Shown here: piece after piece, positions 42,413-56,879 of the stretch
Position numbering within the stretch: the stretch's first letter is position 1
Layout: each line of letters opens with the position of its first letter
Source of the DNA: the human T2T-CHM13v2.0 reference genome, Homo sapiens
Length of the DNA stretch: 64,000 bases
Assembly: GCF_009914755.1 (NCBI RefSeq)
Contig: NC_060937.1
Reading direction: 5' to 3' (one strand)
Program-made: the position numbers and the translations under genes
The notes under the pieces: model-generated
The model's input: only the letters and a program-made list of their open reading frames with translations
The model's database searches: none
Told to the model about the DNA's origin: nothing

Positions 42413-42782
42413 TGTATTAGGTCCATTTTCACACTGCTATAAAGACATACCCAAGACGGGGTAATTTATAATATAAAGAAAAGAGGTTTAGTTGACTGGG
42501 TCCGCGTGGCTAGGGAGGCCTCAGCAAACTTACAATCATGGTGGAAAGGGAAGAGGCACATCTTACATGGCAGCAGGTGAAAGAGTGAGCAAGAGCAGGA
42601 AAAGCTGCCTTATAAAACCATCAGATCTCGTGAGAACTCACTCACTATCACGAGAACAGCATGAGGGAAAACACCCCCACGATCCAATCATCCCCCACCT
42701 GGTCCCTCCCTCAACATGTGGGATTATGGGGATTGCAATTCGAGATGAGATTTGGGTGAGGACACAGAGCCAAACCATATCA
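42413..42782 (-). mobile_element. THE1/MST MaLR solo LTR
   Basis: tgtattaggtccattttcacactgctataaagacatacc...ataaaaccatcagatctcgtgagaactcactcactatcacgagaacagcatg...cagagccaaaccatatca. Confidence 0.92.
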
Positions 42783-43309
42783 CCACATAACTCCATTTAT
42801 AAGTATTCTCTAGCTTTAAAAAAGATTAAAAACATCTGGATTTGAATGAAGGTTTTTGCATAGTTACTCCAATTCCATTTTTAAAAGGTGAAAAGGAGGT
42901 GCCTATATAGTTATGTGATTTTTTTCTATATACCTAAACAGTGTCAAACATAGGTATTTTAGGCTGTGACTTGTGACCCCAGCCTTGTGCTCAGATCCCT
43001 TGACCACATATAGCAAAGAACATCATGAATCAATGACCTTCTAACCTGGTAAGGACCTTAAGTTTCCCCTAGTCCAAACCTTTGATTGCGCAAGAAGCTG
43101 AGTCCCACATATTTGCCCTGGCTCACATAGTTAGTGTGGTGACAGGCCCCAGATTAGAATCCAAGGGGGAAAACCCTCATCTGGCATGAGGCCCACTGCC
43201 ATAGCCCGCCCCAACGTGGAATACTAAATCTGGCAGTAAAATTGATAGCATTTGATGACACTTTGAAAATAAATTGCATTTTCTATTTAAAAAAATCAAT
43301 TGTATTACT

Positions 43310-43460
43310 TTATTCAATCCTCACAACTTCATTAATTAGGAATAAGTTTCCCCCTATACAGATAAGAAAACTAAAACTTAGAGAAAAAAAGTAATCTGCC
43401 TAAAGTCACATAGTCAGTAAGTGTTAAACTCAGACCTTGAACCTCCAAGCTCTTTTCTCT
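43310..43460 (-). mobile_element. MIR fragment
   Basis: aatcctcacaac...tacagataagaaaactaaaacttagaga...aagtaatctgcctaaagtcacatag. Confidence 0.65.
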
Positions 43461-44189
43461 AATACCCCCAATTATAAGAGAAATAAAATTAAACACACAG
43501 ATATACTTCATTAATGCTATTTTTAGGAATTAAATGCTAAATTTCACATAGGATCTGTTGCAAGACAGCAAAAAATAAACAAACTATACAAGGTTTGTAT
43601 ATCCTGTTAAAATCAGAATTTTGAAAACTGCTTACCTGATACATTTACCTTGACCTCATAGATTACCTTTAATACTACTCTTGCCCTGATATATTTGACC
43701 TCTATTCATAGAAAATGAAACGCAGCTGTATGGATTGATTTTTAGATCTCTTTATTCAAAGTAAAAGATGAGCCAAAATCAAATTTTAGTATGTCTAATA
43801 TTTATGCTTGCAAAGACAGTCTAGCAAGTGTCAACTTTGGGTGTATATTAGCATTATGGAAGATCAGCAGGTATTGGGTGAAAAGGCCATCATCAATAAG
43901 ACAGTTCCATTTAACAATAAACAGAGCTCCAGAGAAGCATCATTTTAAAAGTATACACAGCACTCACTTAGTGTTTAATTATATTCACAGTATTCGTTAA
44001 TTTTTCTAAAATGTATAAAACTAATTATTTTTCAAAACCAGGTTTCAGATAACTTTCTTCTTATTCATAGGTTGAAGTAATCAGCCAATATGGTAGAAAG
44101 AAGAATGAATGAAAACCAGAAGCCCCGGACTCTTGTTCTAGGCAACATGGCTCATGTGATTACAGGCAAAGACTTGACAGCTGTCTCCT

Positions 44190-44390
44190 TCCAAATCTGG
44201 CTCTACCACTTGCTATCTGTGTGACAGTGGCCCTGTTACTCAGCTTCATTATGCCTCAGTTTCCTCATGTGTTAAATAGGGATAGTAATAGTTTCACCTA
44301 CCTTATAGATTGTTTATTAGGATCAAATTAACATTCATAAAGCAGACAGAAAAATATTTAGTACAAAGTAAGTGTTTGATAAGTGTTTGT
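44190..44390 (+). mobile_element. MIR SINE, apparently nested in another MIR fragment
   Basis: tccaaatctggctctaccacttgctatctgtgtgac...tgcctcagtttcctcatgtgttaaatagggatagtaatagt. Confidence 0.75.
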
Positions 44391-45514
44391 CAATGAAGCA
44401 AGCTATGCAAGTGTAGACAAGTTACTTAACTTGTCTGGGCCTAGATCACATTCTTTATAATATGAAGAGATTGCACAGCCTCCAATCTGCTGAATTTAAA
44501 TCCTGATGAGTCAAATATCTGAAACTATTGAATATCTTTCTCTGAATAACTAGGCAAATTTTGCATCCAACATATGTGGATGTCAAGTCACCTCTGGGGA
44601 ATAATTAGAGGAGGAAACGGTGTAATGTAATGAGAAAAGAGAGGTAAAGCAAAAGAAAAGAGTTGAGTTGTTGGAAATTAAATATTGGGAGACTGGATTG
44701 TGAGATTGTTGTGCTTTGAAGCTTGAACTTTAGGGGCAGTTTGGCCTTGGTCAAATCCAGCTTCTAACCTGTATGACCACTGACAGATTCCTTAACATCT
44801 CTGAGTCTCGCAATCCCCATGTCTATTATGGTACAACAGCAGTCCTTACTTCACAAGTAGTTGCTAATGAGAATATGCATATAAAGCATAAGGCTTGGCA
44901 CTAGTAAGAATGTAATAACTCATTTGGGTGGTGACTAAAATCATGATGATCATGATGTCTGTAAGAAAATTTAGCAATTTTCTAACTAGTCTCCTATCAA
45001 TTCACAAATTGTTATAAATATAAAAGTTATATTAAGGGTGAGAGGAGAGGCTTAGCTCCACTTAATTCCTATTTCAATTGTCAAGTTTACCACATTTAAG
45101 TTATGCAAATATAACATGAAAGTAAAAAAAATAACATGTTATCACGATTTATCTCTTTCATTTAAAAATATTTTATTTAAATATCCACAATTTTAAAGTT
45201 TTCAAATGGAATTTTTAAAATAACCAATAAGGTAATCAGTGATTTTGTTTTAAGTTAAAGAGAAACAGAGTGTTATGAATCACTTGAGGATGTGTGATTG
45301 CACAGTGATAGGAATCGAGTGCAAGTCATCTGTCCTTCAGATGTGAAGATGCTTCTGCTAGGTGTTATTATCAATGTGATTGGTGCAGCTCAAATAAATA
45401 GAATTACTAACAATTTTGCATGCTGAAGAGATTTTAGTAGGCCAAATAAATTGTTTAACTATTTTCAAGGCTATCCATAAACATTATATTAAATCCATAA
45501 TAATGTCTTCAGTG

Positions 45515-45916
<402 letters not shown>

Positions 45917-46359
45917 TTAACTATATTACTGTTTTGGTAAAGTATGGTAAATGCTATCATAAAATTAAATAATGTACAAAAGAAGATAAAAATTATTCCA
46001 AAACCTGACATGCAGAAATAATCTGTTGACACTTTGGGAAATAATGTTCTCTCTCTCTCCAAACATATAGGCACATATGAATTATGTGTGTATGGTTTTA
46101 CATTAATTATATCATGCCAAATGGTATTCTTTAACATGCTTTTCTCTCGAAAATATCTTATGGTCCTTTTTCTTGTCACCAATAAATATGAATCTGTACC
46201 ATCATTTTCTTTGCAATATTATAGTCACTAATACACATCAGCCACATTTACTTAAGTCCATCAATAAGGAGCACTTAAAACATTCTTATGTAATCATTTT
46301 GTGGAACATAATTACCTTCTTTCTCTGGTAATCCTTCAGGCCAATTAAAAAGTATTTAA

Positions 46360-47640
<1,281 letters not shown>

Positions 47641-50600
47641 ATATCATTTGGACAGCATTTGTTCCTTTGAAAGAAGGCGTTTACCTAATACCATTGCCAA
47701 AAAGTTGTTCTATAGAGCCTCAAAAATCTCAATACAGGTGCGTCCTTGACCCCACACCAACTGTATCTGGTATTTTTTAAGACTGCTTGGTTTCTTCAGT
47801 TCTTCAAAATAAGCCATCACCTGTTGCCTACTGTTAATGAATTGTGTTTTAACAAGTATATAACAATGTAAACTTATTTGATATAGTCTTATTTTATCAT
47901 TTCAGTAAACCTAACGTCTGTCGCTGACATTCTAAAAAGGTATCTCTTTAGTCTCTTAAGAAATATTGAGAAACGGTTTCTGTTTTACCTGAGATAAGCT
48001 TCTTAAAGGTACAAGGGTCCCTGCTGTAGTTATCACTAACCAATACACAGTTTCAGCACAAAACACTTCCTGGACTGCCTCAACTCTAAGATAGAACACG
48101 TAATAGAAGAGAAAATAGAATAGCCTAAAATAATTGCTTTCTATATTCTGTTCCCCCATCACTGACAGAAAAAAAGCATGTCAATAACTTACATGAATAT
48201 TTTCTATATTTTAAAGTTTGAGTTAATGCATGCAGATCATTTGAAACAGTGCTAGCACCCTACAAGCATCCAATAAATGTGAGTTGTTAATATCATCATT
48301 AGTCATTATTATTTATCCAAATCAAGACAGAGGCACCATAGAGGCAAGAAACTATTACCTATGCCCTATCAAATAAATAGTGTATGTGTATCCATCAGAT
48401 ATTGGCACTGAAGTGAGGAAACAGATAATGGCTCTGAGCTGCAGGTGCCAGGTGACAATTAATGGTATCTCACCAGTAATGTCATGGCACTGTGCAAAGG
48501 ATTTGGGGTGGGGGTGTCCACGGATGTTCTTACCAAAGCATGTTTAAATTGTTCTCTCATGTCATAGTGCATTGCTAGTCATAACCAAGGGAGAATACAA
48601 GGGAGAGAACAGGGGTGCTCCAGTTGTAGAAACAATGGGGCCCAGTAACTGATAAGGCAGGCAACTAGCAATTTTAGGGCAACCAAGAAGGATGCTATTC
48701 AGAGAGAACTTTGTGCAAGTGAAACAGGGGTCAGTTATCCAGGGCAGAGGGTGTGAGGCAAGAGCCATCTTGGGCTTTCCAAAGAGACCCCAGGCTAGAC
48801 CAAAACAAAAACTAACTCCCTTACCATGTTAATATAGGTTTAAAGGTCCTCATCTGTTCTTTATGGTAGAGGGACTGGAAATGAATATTAGAACCTACTG
48901 TATTTCCTTTAGTGTATGTTATATATTCAGTAAAACTTGGATGTTTTTCAGAATGTGGTTTCAGCCTGTCTCAACAGATGAAAACACCCTGGTCTTTTTC
49001 AAAAATCCCTAAATTAAAAAACAAATACAAATCAAAACTCTGGTACCCTGAATGGACAAAACCAAAAACAAGGACATATTTCCAAATGATAAGTTAACAA
49101 ATTTACTGCAACCTGGGTATGCTAATATTGGATAAGGATCTCTCAATGTAAGGCATCTGGAAATTCCTGATGACTTAATAGATCTGTCTGGTTTTGGTCA
49201 TACATTTGCTTCAAACTGTTCTTCTGTACCACAGATAAAGGAAGTTTCCAGACACAATATTTAATTAGTACCTAATTAAGAGCATCAACACGATAAGTGA
49301 TGCAGGTTCTGGCCCCACTGTTTGTACCTGGATAAGGGTAAACAGTTCTAGTGAATCTTGGCTGTCTGACAGTTCTCAGCTGTCACTGGCACTACATAAC
49401 CCAGGGAAGGTGCTGACGCTCCCTGGCAAGTGTACACTAGTAAACATTCAAAGCAGTTGGAGAAATCCAATCACACCAAGTAAACCACCAAAAAGAAAAT
49501 ATGGGAGTCTGGATCCAGCAACATATTCTTACATATGTGCTTCATATTCAGCCTAAGTCATTATTCCAGTCATCCGAAAGAGTTAATCAGTGCCTTTCCA
49601 CGTGTAACTGAGGCATCAACTATTCCAAGGGTATCTTTAAGAATATCTTCACCCAAATACAATCAGTACAACTGCCAAAAACCAAATGCTATGTTCAACT
49701 GATGCAAGTAGAATTCTTGATGAACTGCAATTATCAAATTGGCTTGCCTCTGGGGAGCAACCTGCCTTATGCCAAGCCGCCAAGGGAATAACATCACTAT
49801 GACACCTTGAAATATCTGGGATTATTAATTTTTTTTACCACTAACCAACTTTTTTAAAAAGGAAAACTGTGTGACTAAACTTCTTGTACTTTCTTACAAA
49901 CTAACAAATTGTGTGCCCTTAGACCGGCCATCTAACCTTTCTGGACCTCAGTTTCTTCACCTATAAAATAAGAGAATCAGCCCGAGTGCTTTCTATAAGC
50001 TCTTTCAGTTCTAAAATATGATTTGGTGCTATGTATTTATATAGCTTATTCTTTCTGCAGATTTCAAAATCTCTCAAGAGACTCTCATTAGTATTCTTAA
50101 CATTGCCGTGAGGAAGGCAAGTGGCAAGGTTTATTATCCCCATTTTTTAAAAAAGAGACGATGAGACATTTTGCTGACACAGCACTCTTGACCAAGTAAG
50201 GACTAGAAGTTAGGTGTCCTGATACTAATCAAGAACTCTGTTAAGCCACTTTGCTACTAAACTAAATGGAAAGTCTCTGATGAATAAAATATTCTGTGCT
50301 CATGGAAGGAAAATATAGTTTGATCATCTTACAGAGACATAATGGTTTAAAACAATGATTTCCAAACTGTAGCCCATATAATATTCCAGGTAGTTCTCTC
50401 AGGTCTCATTGACATGTCCCTATACATATTTTCTCTTTTCTGACACAAGTATCAATATATGAATCTACTAACATGGGAGAGTGTTAAAGAACATCTTCAA
50501 AAAAAGTAAGAAGAGTGTCTGAGGTAATAATAATTAAATTTCCAATAGAATATTTGCAGAAAATAAACCATATAGTCCATATTAATATATTGAAGTGTTA

Positions 50601-50691
50601 ACTGAAAATCATACATATCAATGAAATGAGATTATCATCCAATAAATAATTCAAACCCTTTTTAATAATAGTATGTCTTTATTAAGAACTA

Positions 50692-51142
50692 TGAAGAGTC
50701 TAAGATTTTACCATATTTGCACGCTAGCAAGTTAGCCTGCCATCATTTCATAGGTGCTGGCAGAAGACATGATACCCCTAGGTCAGAGACAAAGGATGTT
50801 ACTACTATCAGTAACAGAAATAGCCAGAATATCATTATTTTTGCTTTGGTTTCCCAAATTACAGTCCCCATAGGGCAATGCAAAGAGGGACAGGTGACCC
50901 TGCACGTGCATAATATTGTATTAGAAGAGAGAAAATCTCAGCTCAGGAATCCTAAATCATTTATTGTAATAAACAGTAAGCATGTCTTCCCTTTTCTCCA
51001 GGAGGTGATACTATCTCTAACTCCTAAAGCTGTTCACCTATACAAACACGCCTGAAAAGATAATCCAAAACAAAATCAGTCAATGCTTCTGTCTGCAAAG
51101 AGTGCAGAAATACAAAAGACTCATGGAGAAAATCTCCTAACA
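50692..51142 (-). mobile_element. ERV1-type solo LTR (family uncertain)
   Basis: Bounded by TG...CA. The minus strand begins tgttaggagattttctccatgagtc...tttctgcac...gcattgactg...tatcttttcaggcgtgtttgtatag, similar to a recalled MER-type LTR start. Confidence 0.6.
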
Positions 51143-51399
51143 ATATTGTCTGATTTCATTGCACTATCTGTATATCTGTTAATTCTGAGAATTCTTAAGT
51201 ACTCAACATAAATAATGTAAACAATATTGAGGAAGAACAGGATATCCCCCTCCCCTCCCCACCCCATACTCCTACTGGATGTCTCCTTGGTTCTGCTCCA
51301 TCCCCATAGTTCAAAAAATTCAAAGCCAATAAGTAACTTCTTTGGTTCACACCTTTCTGCCTTACTTTCATTCATTTCCACTTATTAAAGTGGAAGCCA

Positions 51400-51622
51400 C
51401 CTGTATGGTGGGTAAGCATGCACTCTAGAGTCAGGTGTAGCAGATAAATCCTGGAAATGCTGCCCACTATCTGTAGTGCTTTGGCTTGGTTATTGAAGTC
51501 CTATGTGTCTCAGCTTTCTCATCTGTAAAAGGAGGGTGATAACACCTACTTCTTAAAGTTTGGGAGAAGATTAAAACAGTTCTTATATAGGAAGCTCATA
51601 AAACAGTGCCTGGCACATACAC
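51400..51622 (+). mobile_element. MIR SINE
   Basis: tgtgtctcagctttctcatctgtaaaaggagggtgataacacctacttc...aaaacagtgcctggcacata. Confidence 0.75.
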
Positions 51623-53384
51623 ATTTGATGAAACTTTTGTTGATCAGTAAACTTTTTTTAGGTTAGCTAGGAAAGCTTATTCATCAGCAAACAACTTACC
51701 AAATTGCCAAAGTTAATGATATGTTATTAAATCATTGACAACATTAGGGGAAACGTGGATAATGAACAGCGCACTTTTTTAGAATCTACATATCATTCCT
51801 AGTTTGTTCTTATGAACTGAGTGAGAAAGAAGGGAAAAAATTTAATCTAACTCATATGTTATAAAGAAAATTATTTTAGAATAGTTTATTGTATTAGATA
51901 TATCTCTTTAATTAATAAATAAGCACTTTCTTCAGTGTTTGAGATTTAAAACTGCTAATTTTGTTTCTTAAAAGATTGTGAGATTATGATGCATAAGCTG
52001 TGAGCTTCACCTCTGTATAGAAAAAGTCTGGTTTTGTGGAAATATAAATTATTATTTTAAGTGGAAATGTGAAGGCCTTAAATGTGGTACAATGAAGAGT
52101 TTTTATTTTTATATGAAGAAATATAAAACAAGAAGTAAATAAATGGCAATGACATTTTGAAAATGACATTTCAGAATATTTAAAGGACCACAAGAACAAT
52201 AAGTACATCTTGTGTGCAACTGTCTTTGAAGTTCTAATCTCAGTTCATGCCACTAAATCATCAAGGAAGATTATTTTTAACTTGTTATATAAAGGCTTTA
52301 GAAAAAAAATCAAGAAGTGCTCTCTGAGTATGAAATGTCAAACAGAAAGAAGTATTTGTACATTCTGAGTGTACTAAGGTGATATATGTGTGGATCATGG
52401 AGAATTAATTTATCCCAAATTTTCCAAAAGAGTAAGAAAAGATTTACAGAATGGGAATGACACATTTTCCTAAACATTTTCTTTGAGATGCTTTGTAAGT
52501 GGAATACTTGCGTGTGGCTAAACCACAGTACAGATTTAACTAATCAACAAAATATTGTCACTGATATTGAACCTGATAAGAGGCCCCTCTGAGAAGAACA
52601 CCAGCATCCCTATAGTCCCAGAGAAGAGCTTTAACACCAGACAGAGGAAGGACTCTGCAATCCCTCTGCAACCCCAATCAATTTGCTCCTTTCCATAAGT
52701 CTTTTTCCTCTCTCCCTTCTCTCCCACCTTTCTCTCATTTTCCTCTTGCCACCTCTCTCAAGAACACACACACATCTCTATGTTCTTACCTCTCTTAATC
52801 TAATCTATCTCTTTGCCTACAATTAAAATTTTCAGGGTGTCTTCCTTTCACCTAAAATAAATAATGACATGTATAATAAGTACTTTCTCCACATACTGAA
52901 TTTCATCAAATTATTGGTCAACATTTTGACTGTAAACATTTCCATACTTTGGGTCAGTGTGAGATCCTGCATTCATCATCTTTCTTCCAAGAGAGTGAAT
53001 TGCTCTTTCAGTAGTACACTGTCTACCTTTCTTTAATCATGTCTTGAAATTTTTATTTTTATAATGGGAAACATAAATGGTGCCATCTCTGCAGTTAGGG
53101 AGAAAATGGAAAGATCCAAATTTCTCTCACACTTTAATGTGTGTGAGCCATGATCTACTTGTTAAAATTCTTGGATTGCTAATAAAAGTCATAATATACC
53201 AAATGGTGGTAATTTGCATGAAACAAGCATATCAATCATTGAGGAATGGGCTCATGGCTCTTTATCTGGGCAGAATCATTAAGTAGAATTTATGATATAT
53301 AATGTATACTATTAAGCAGCTTCCATTAAACTTGCCTGCCAAACTCATTCTATGTAGACAGTTCTAAAAGCAAGCTGTATGCAA

Positions 53385-53400
53385 GAGCGCCACCTATAGT
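53385..53400 (-). promoter_or_regulatory. Candidate CTCF site (reverse orientation)
   Basis: Minus strand ACTATAGGTGGCGCTC versus CTCF core CCASYAGRKGGCRS; a retained CpG in very AT-rich flanks. Confidence 0.55.
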
Positions 53401-54467
53401 AAAACTTCCACATTTATTTTACAATGTTAAAACCCAGAAAATTAGATTTTGAAACAGAAAATTTTAAAGGCAAGAATAATATCCAAGAAATGAGATTTAT
53501 GGTTTAATGTATAAATTAAAAACCACCTCAAAAAAGAAATGGTAAAAAGTTTATTTCAATAAAAATATGAACATTATAAGACATGACTTTTTCTGTTTAA
53601 GGAAGAAATTGCTCTGATTTTCCAGATAATTTAAACGACAGGAATAATCTTTCTTCTAATTTAAATAAATAATAGTTCAAACAAAATTTTTACTACTTTT
53701 TAAATATTCTCTATTTTACTTTTTAACTTGCTTTTCACAAACTGCTTTTTTTGAAACCTGAAAACAATAGCTATTTAAAGCACAAGTAAACTTCTTTCTG
53801 ATGTTTAATTTTTCAGAAAATACATACCTCAAGTACTTTACTTCAGCATATATGTAAGAAAATGCTAAGGAAATGGTGACTAGAAGTACCGCTGGAGAAA
53901 TGTCCTTTAGGAGTTGATATCCACAGAAATTTAATCTTAAATACTTGTTACTTTGACCTAAAAGCTAATTATGAGGGAGTTGAGCCAAAAAGTGAGATGA
54001 ATAAAAAGAAATTTCATTGGTATTACAGAGATAGTTGCCAGAAACAGCTTACAAATCATGAATCTATGCAGAGATGAAAAGTTGAGTCTAAATTATTATT
54101 CGACTGGGTCCTTAAATCAATGGAGAGCAAAAAATGATTACAGTGGACCTTTAATTTTCAACTATAAAAAGTCAACATGGTGGCATGTCCAACAGTGTTT
54201 TACTGCAGGTCATTGAGCGAGAGAGAGAACTCTTTGCTTTTTCATCTCTAAAAAGAGTATGGTTTTTTGCTGTTGTTTAAAAAAAACACATAAGCTAAAA
54301 TAAATCGTTGCTGCAGATCACATAGGAAGCTGCTCAGCTCTCTGACCAAGTTTGGTTTGGCAGGAAGCAAACCACGAGGGGACGATGCCCTGCAGGTCCC
54401 CCTCGTTATCTCACACTTGGGCCTTTTGGCTTTTTGTGGGCCCATTGTTCATTTTGGTGAGGCTAGA

Positions 54468-54881
54468 TTTTAAGTAGATTCAGGGCTCATCAAGCAAGGT
54501 GCCAAACAGAGAACACTACAAACTGATGTCCTGTGTTTGCAGAGCTGAAGGAGCTGGGACAGCAGCCACCTTCCCACCATGCACTGTGACAGTGCTTCAT
54601 CCTTGCCCTGGGAGGCCGCTTCCCAGGATGAGAGGATAATTCTCTCACTACAGCCCATTCAATCTTCAGCCTCTCGGCTGATGCTGCCAACAGAAGTGCC
54701 AATTAATGCCAATTACAATGGTGACTTTTCTGATATGGGCACCTACTCATATAGGCCATCAAACAGCCATCATATATTAATGACTGTCAGTCATTACCAA
54801 TATGGGCGAAGTTTGAACTAGTGACCTAGAGGAGAACTGCTCTTTATCCTACTTCCAACTCCCTGAACCGTCCAATTCCCC
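54468..54881 (-). mobile_element. LF-SINE (LFSINE_Vert-like), near full-length ancient tRNA-derived SINE
   Basis: Minus strand reads ggggaattggacggttcaggga...cctctaggtcactagttcaaac...ggtaatgactgacagtcatta...gatggctgtttgatggcctatatga...aattggcattaattggcac...tgttggcagcatcagccgagaggc...tgaatgggc...ggcacctt...gagccctgaatctacttaaaa. This is colinear end to end with the LF-SINE consensus as I recall it, with one internal deletion of a few tens of bp. Confidence 0.85.
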
Positions 54882-55048
54882 TCCCCATTTCTTGGCCAAT
54901 GTTCTTAATTATAGTTTTGTACCTGAATAATGAATGTGCTACATTTTGACAGTGACAATTGCTGAAACTGTGACAGCAGAAATGCAGCTACTGTCTGCCA
55001 TTTAGCTAACCCTGTCACAGCCTTCAGGCCAGCGAGGTCCAGCTCACA

Positions 55049-55064
55049 CCTTCAGGGGGCACTA
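55049..55064 (+). promoter_or_regulatory. Candidate CTCF site (forward orientation)
   Basis: CCTTCAGGGGGCACTA closely matches the CTCF core CCASCAGGGGGCRCTA. Confidence 0.55.
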
Positions 55065-56347
55065 CATGTCCTTTGTCATTTAATCGAATGCATTTTTTAT
55101 TTGTCTTTACTACTCCTTAGAAATAAGGAGAGCATTTTTATGCAGATAAATGTGTCATGAACTTCCATGCAGATGCTGCCATTAGTCCTTTCTTATCTGC
55201 TCATTATTTCGTATAGCCTTATGAGACAGAAACTCCCCGTACAATTAAATATGCTGCAAATTAATCTTGAAGTGCACCTTTCCGTTTCAAAAAGGAAAAG
55301 CAAGTTAAACACAATAAACATCCTAAATGATAGAAAAGTGTCCAGTTCCTTTTGTAAACACATCCCTTAACCTTTCTTTTCTTTAATCTCCTTTTAATCC
55401 AACCTGGGGTGCAAACCCCTAAATGACCCATTGCTGTCTGCTGTCTGATGTGGGTGTTATCATGTTTTCAGAGACTCTGAGACTCACCTCATTTAATTCT
55501 CAGCACTGCAGCCCGCAGCAGTCAGGGCATCTATTTCATGTCTGCATTACTCCTAGATTTGGGGGGAAACATTTAGGAGAAAGAAAATGTTACTAAGCCC
55601 CTCACTCTAACTTCCAAGGAGCCAGAATGAAGACCCAGCAGTTGCCCACATACCTCTCACATCAGAAGGGCAAAAGAAGTAACCAAATGTAAAATATATC
55701 GTGTTTCCAACTCCTTACGCTTTCTCTGAAAGTAGCACCAAAAGAAAATTTGTGGGAAAATATTCTAAGATTATACTTAACTACTTTACATCCATCATAT
55801 GTTTTTTTTAAATAGTAATTCCTTTTAAAATATTTAATTCCAACACATCCATTTGGAGGTAAAGGTTAAGTAATCTGCCCTGTTCACCTAGTGAGGCAGT
55901 GGCAAAATTAAGATTAAAACTCAAACCCAAGGGCTTTAACTCTTTTCTGAGGCTGTTTATGTTTGCAATCCCAGCAAGCTCTTCTGGGTGCTACACATAC
56001 ATAATTCCATGCAATTGACAACCTGAAAAGAAAATATAATCAGCATCGTTCCGCAAAGAAGGAAAGGTAAGCCCCAGGGAGATAAGGAAACTGCCCAAGA
56101 GACCACAGTGTTTAAGCGGCAGAACAAGGATTGGAATCCAGGCATGGCTGTCTCCAAAGAACATCATTCGACATATCACGTGACTCTGAGTCCTAGGGCG
56201 ATTTATTTGAGAAGCAGCTCAAGGTTCCTTAGGCCAATTCAAATCACTGTACAAAATCCTCAGGCAGCCTCTGAATCTTTGAGATGTCAAGTCACTCCAG
56301 GTTACCCTAAAGTAAATCAGGACAGCAGCATCCAATACTAACCAGAG

Positions 56348-56717
56348 TGATGTGGTTGGGCTGTGTCTCCTCCCAAGTCTCATCTTGAATTGTAGTTCCC
56401 ATAATTCCCACGTGTCATGGGAGGCACCTAGTGGGAGATAATTGAATCATGGGGGCAGTTTCCCCCACACTGTTCTTGTGGTAGTGAATAAGTCTCATGA
56501 AATCTGGTTGTTTTATAAGGGGTTTCCCCTTTCGCTTAGCCCTCATTCTCTCTTGCCTGCGGCTATGTAAGACACGCCTTTCGCCTTCCGCCATGATTGT
56601 GAGACCACCCCAGCCACATGAAATTGTGAGTCCATTAAACCTCTTTTTTTATATATATATATAAATTACCCAGTTTTGGGTATGTCTTTATCAGCAGCAT
56701 TAAAACGAACTAATACA
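56348..56717 (+). mobile_element. THE1 (B-like) solo LTR
   Basis: tgatgtggttgggctgtgtc...tctcatcttgaattgtagttcccataattcccacgtgt...ccattaaacctcttt...cagcagcattaaaacgaactaataca. Confidence 0.93.
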
Positions 56718-56879
56718 TACAGGTAGCAGAAAACACTCTGGTTTCCATTTTTGCTCGGTGATGCTGATGCCATGTTGTGTTTTCCTTTAACACTCCAAGA
56801 ACATAAATCCAAAAGGGCACCATCTAATAAGACTTTAACTAAAATACACTCATATTATCACTATTATTAGTGACAATTC

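Noticed and set aside
54374-54406. Small hairpin acgaggggac…gtccccctcgt
   Set aside because: A 10-bp stem with a bulge is expected by chance in 64 kb.
54800-54881. tRNA-like A/B-box sequence
   Set aside because: It is the decayed head of the LF-SINE, not a tRNA gene; no cloverleaf can be formed.
54468-54881. Identifying this copy as the published ISL1 LF-SINE enhancer
   Set aside because: The window has no gene landmark, so the locus cannot be assigned without mapping.
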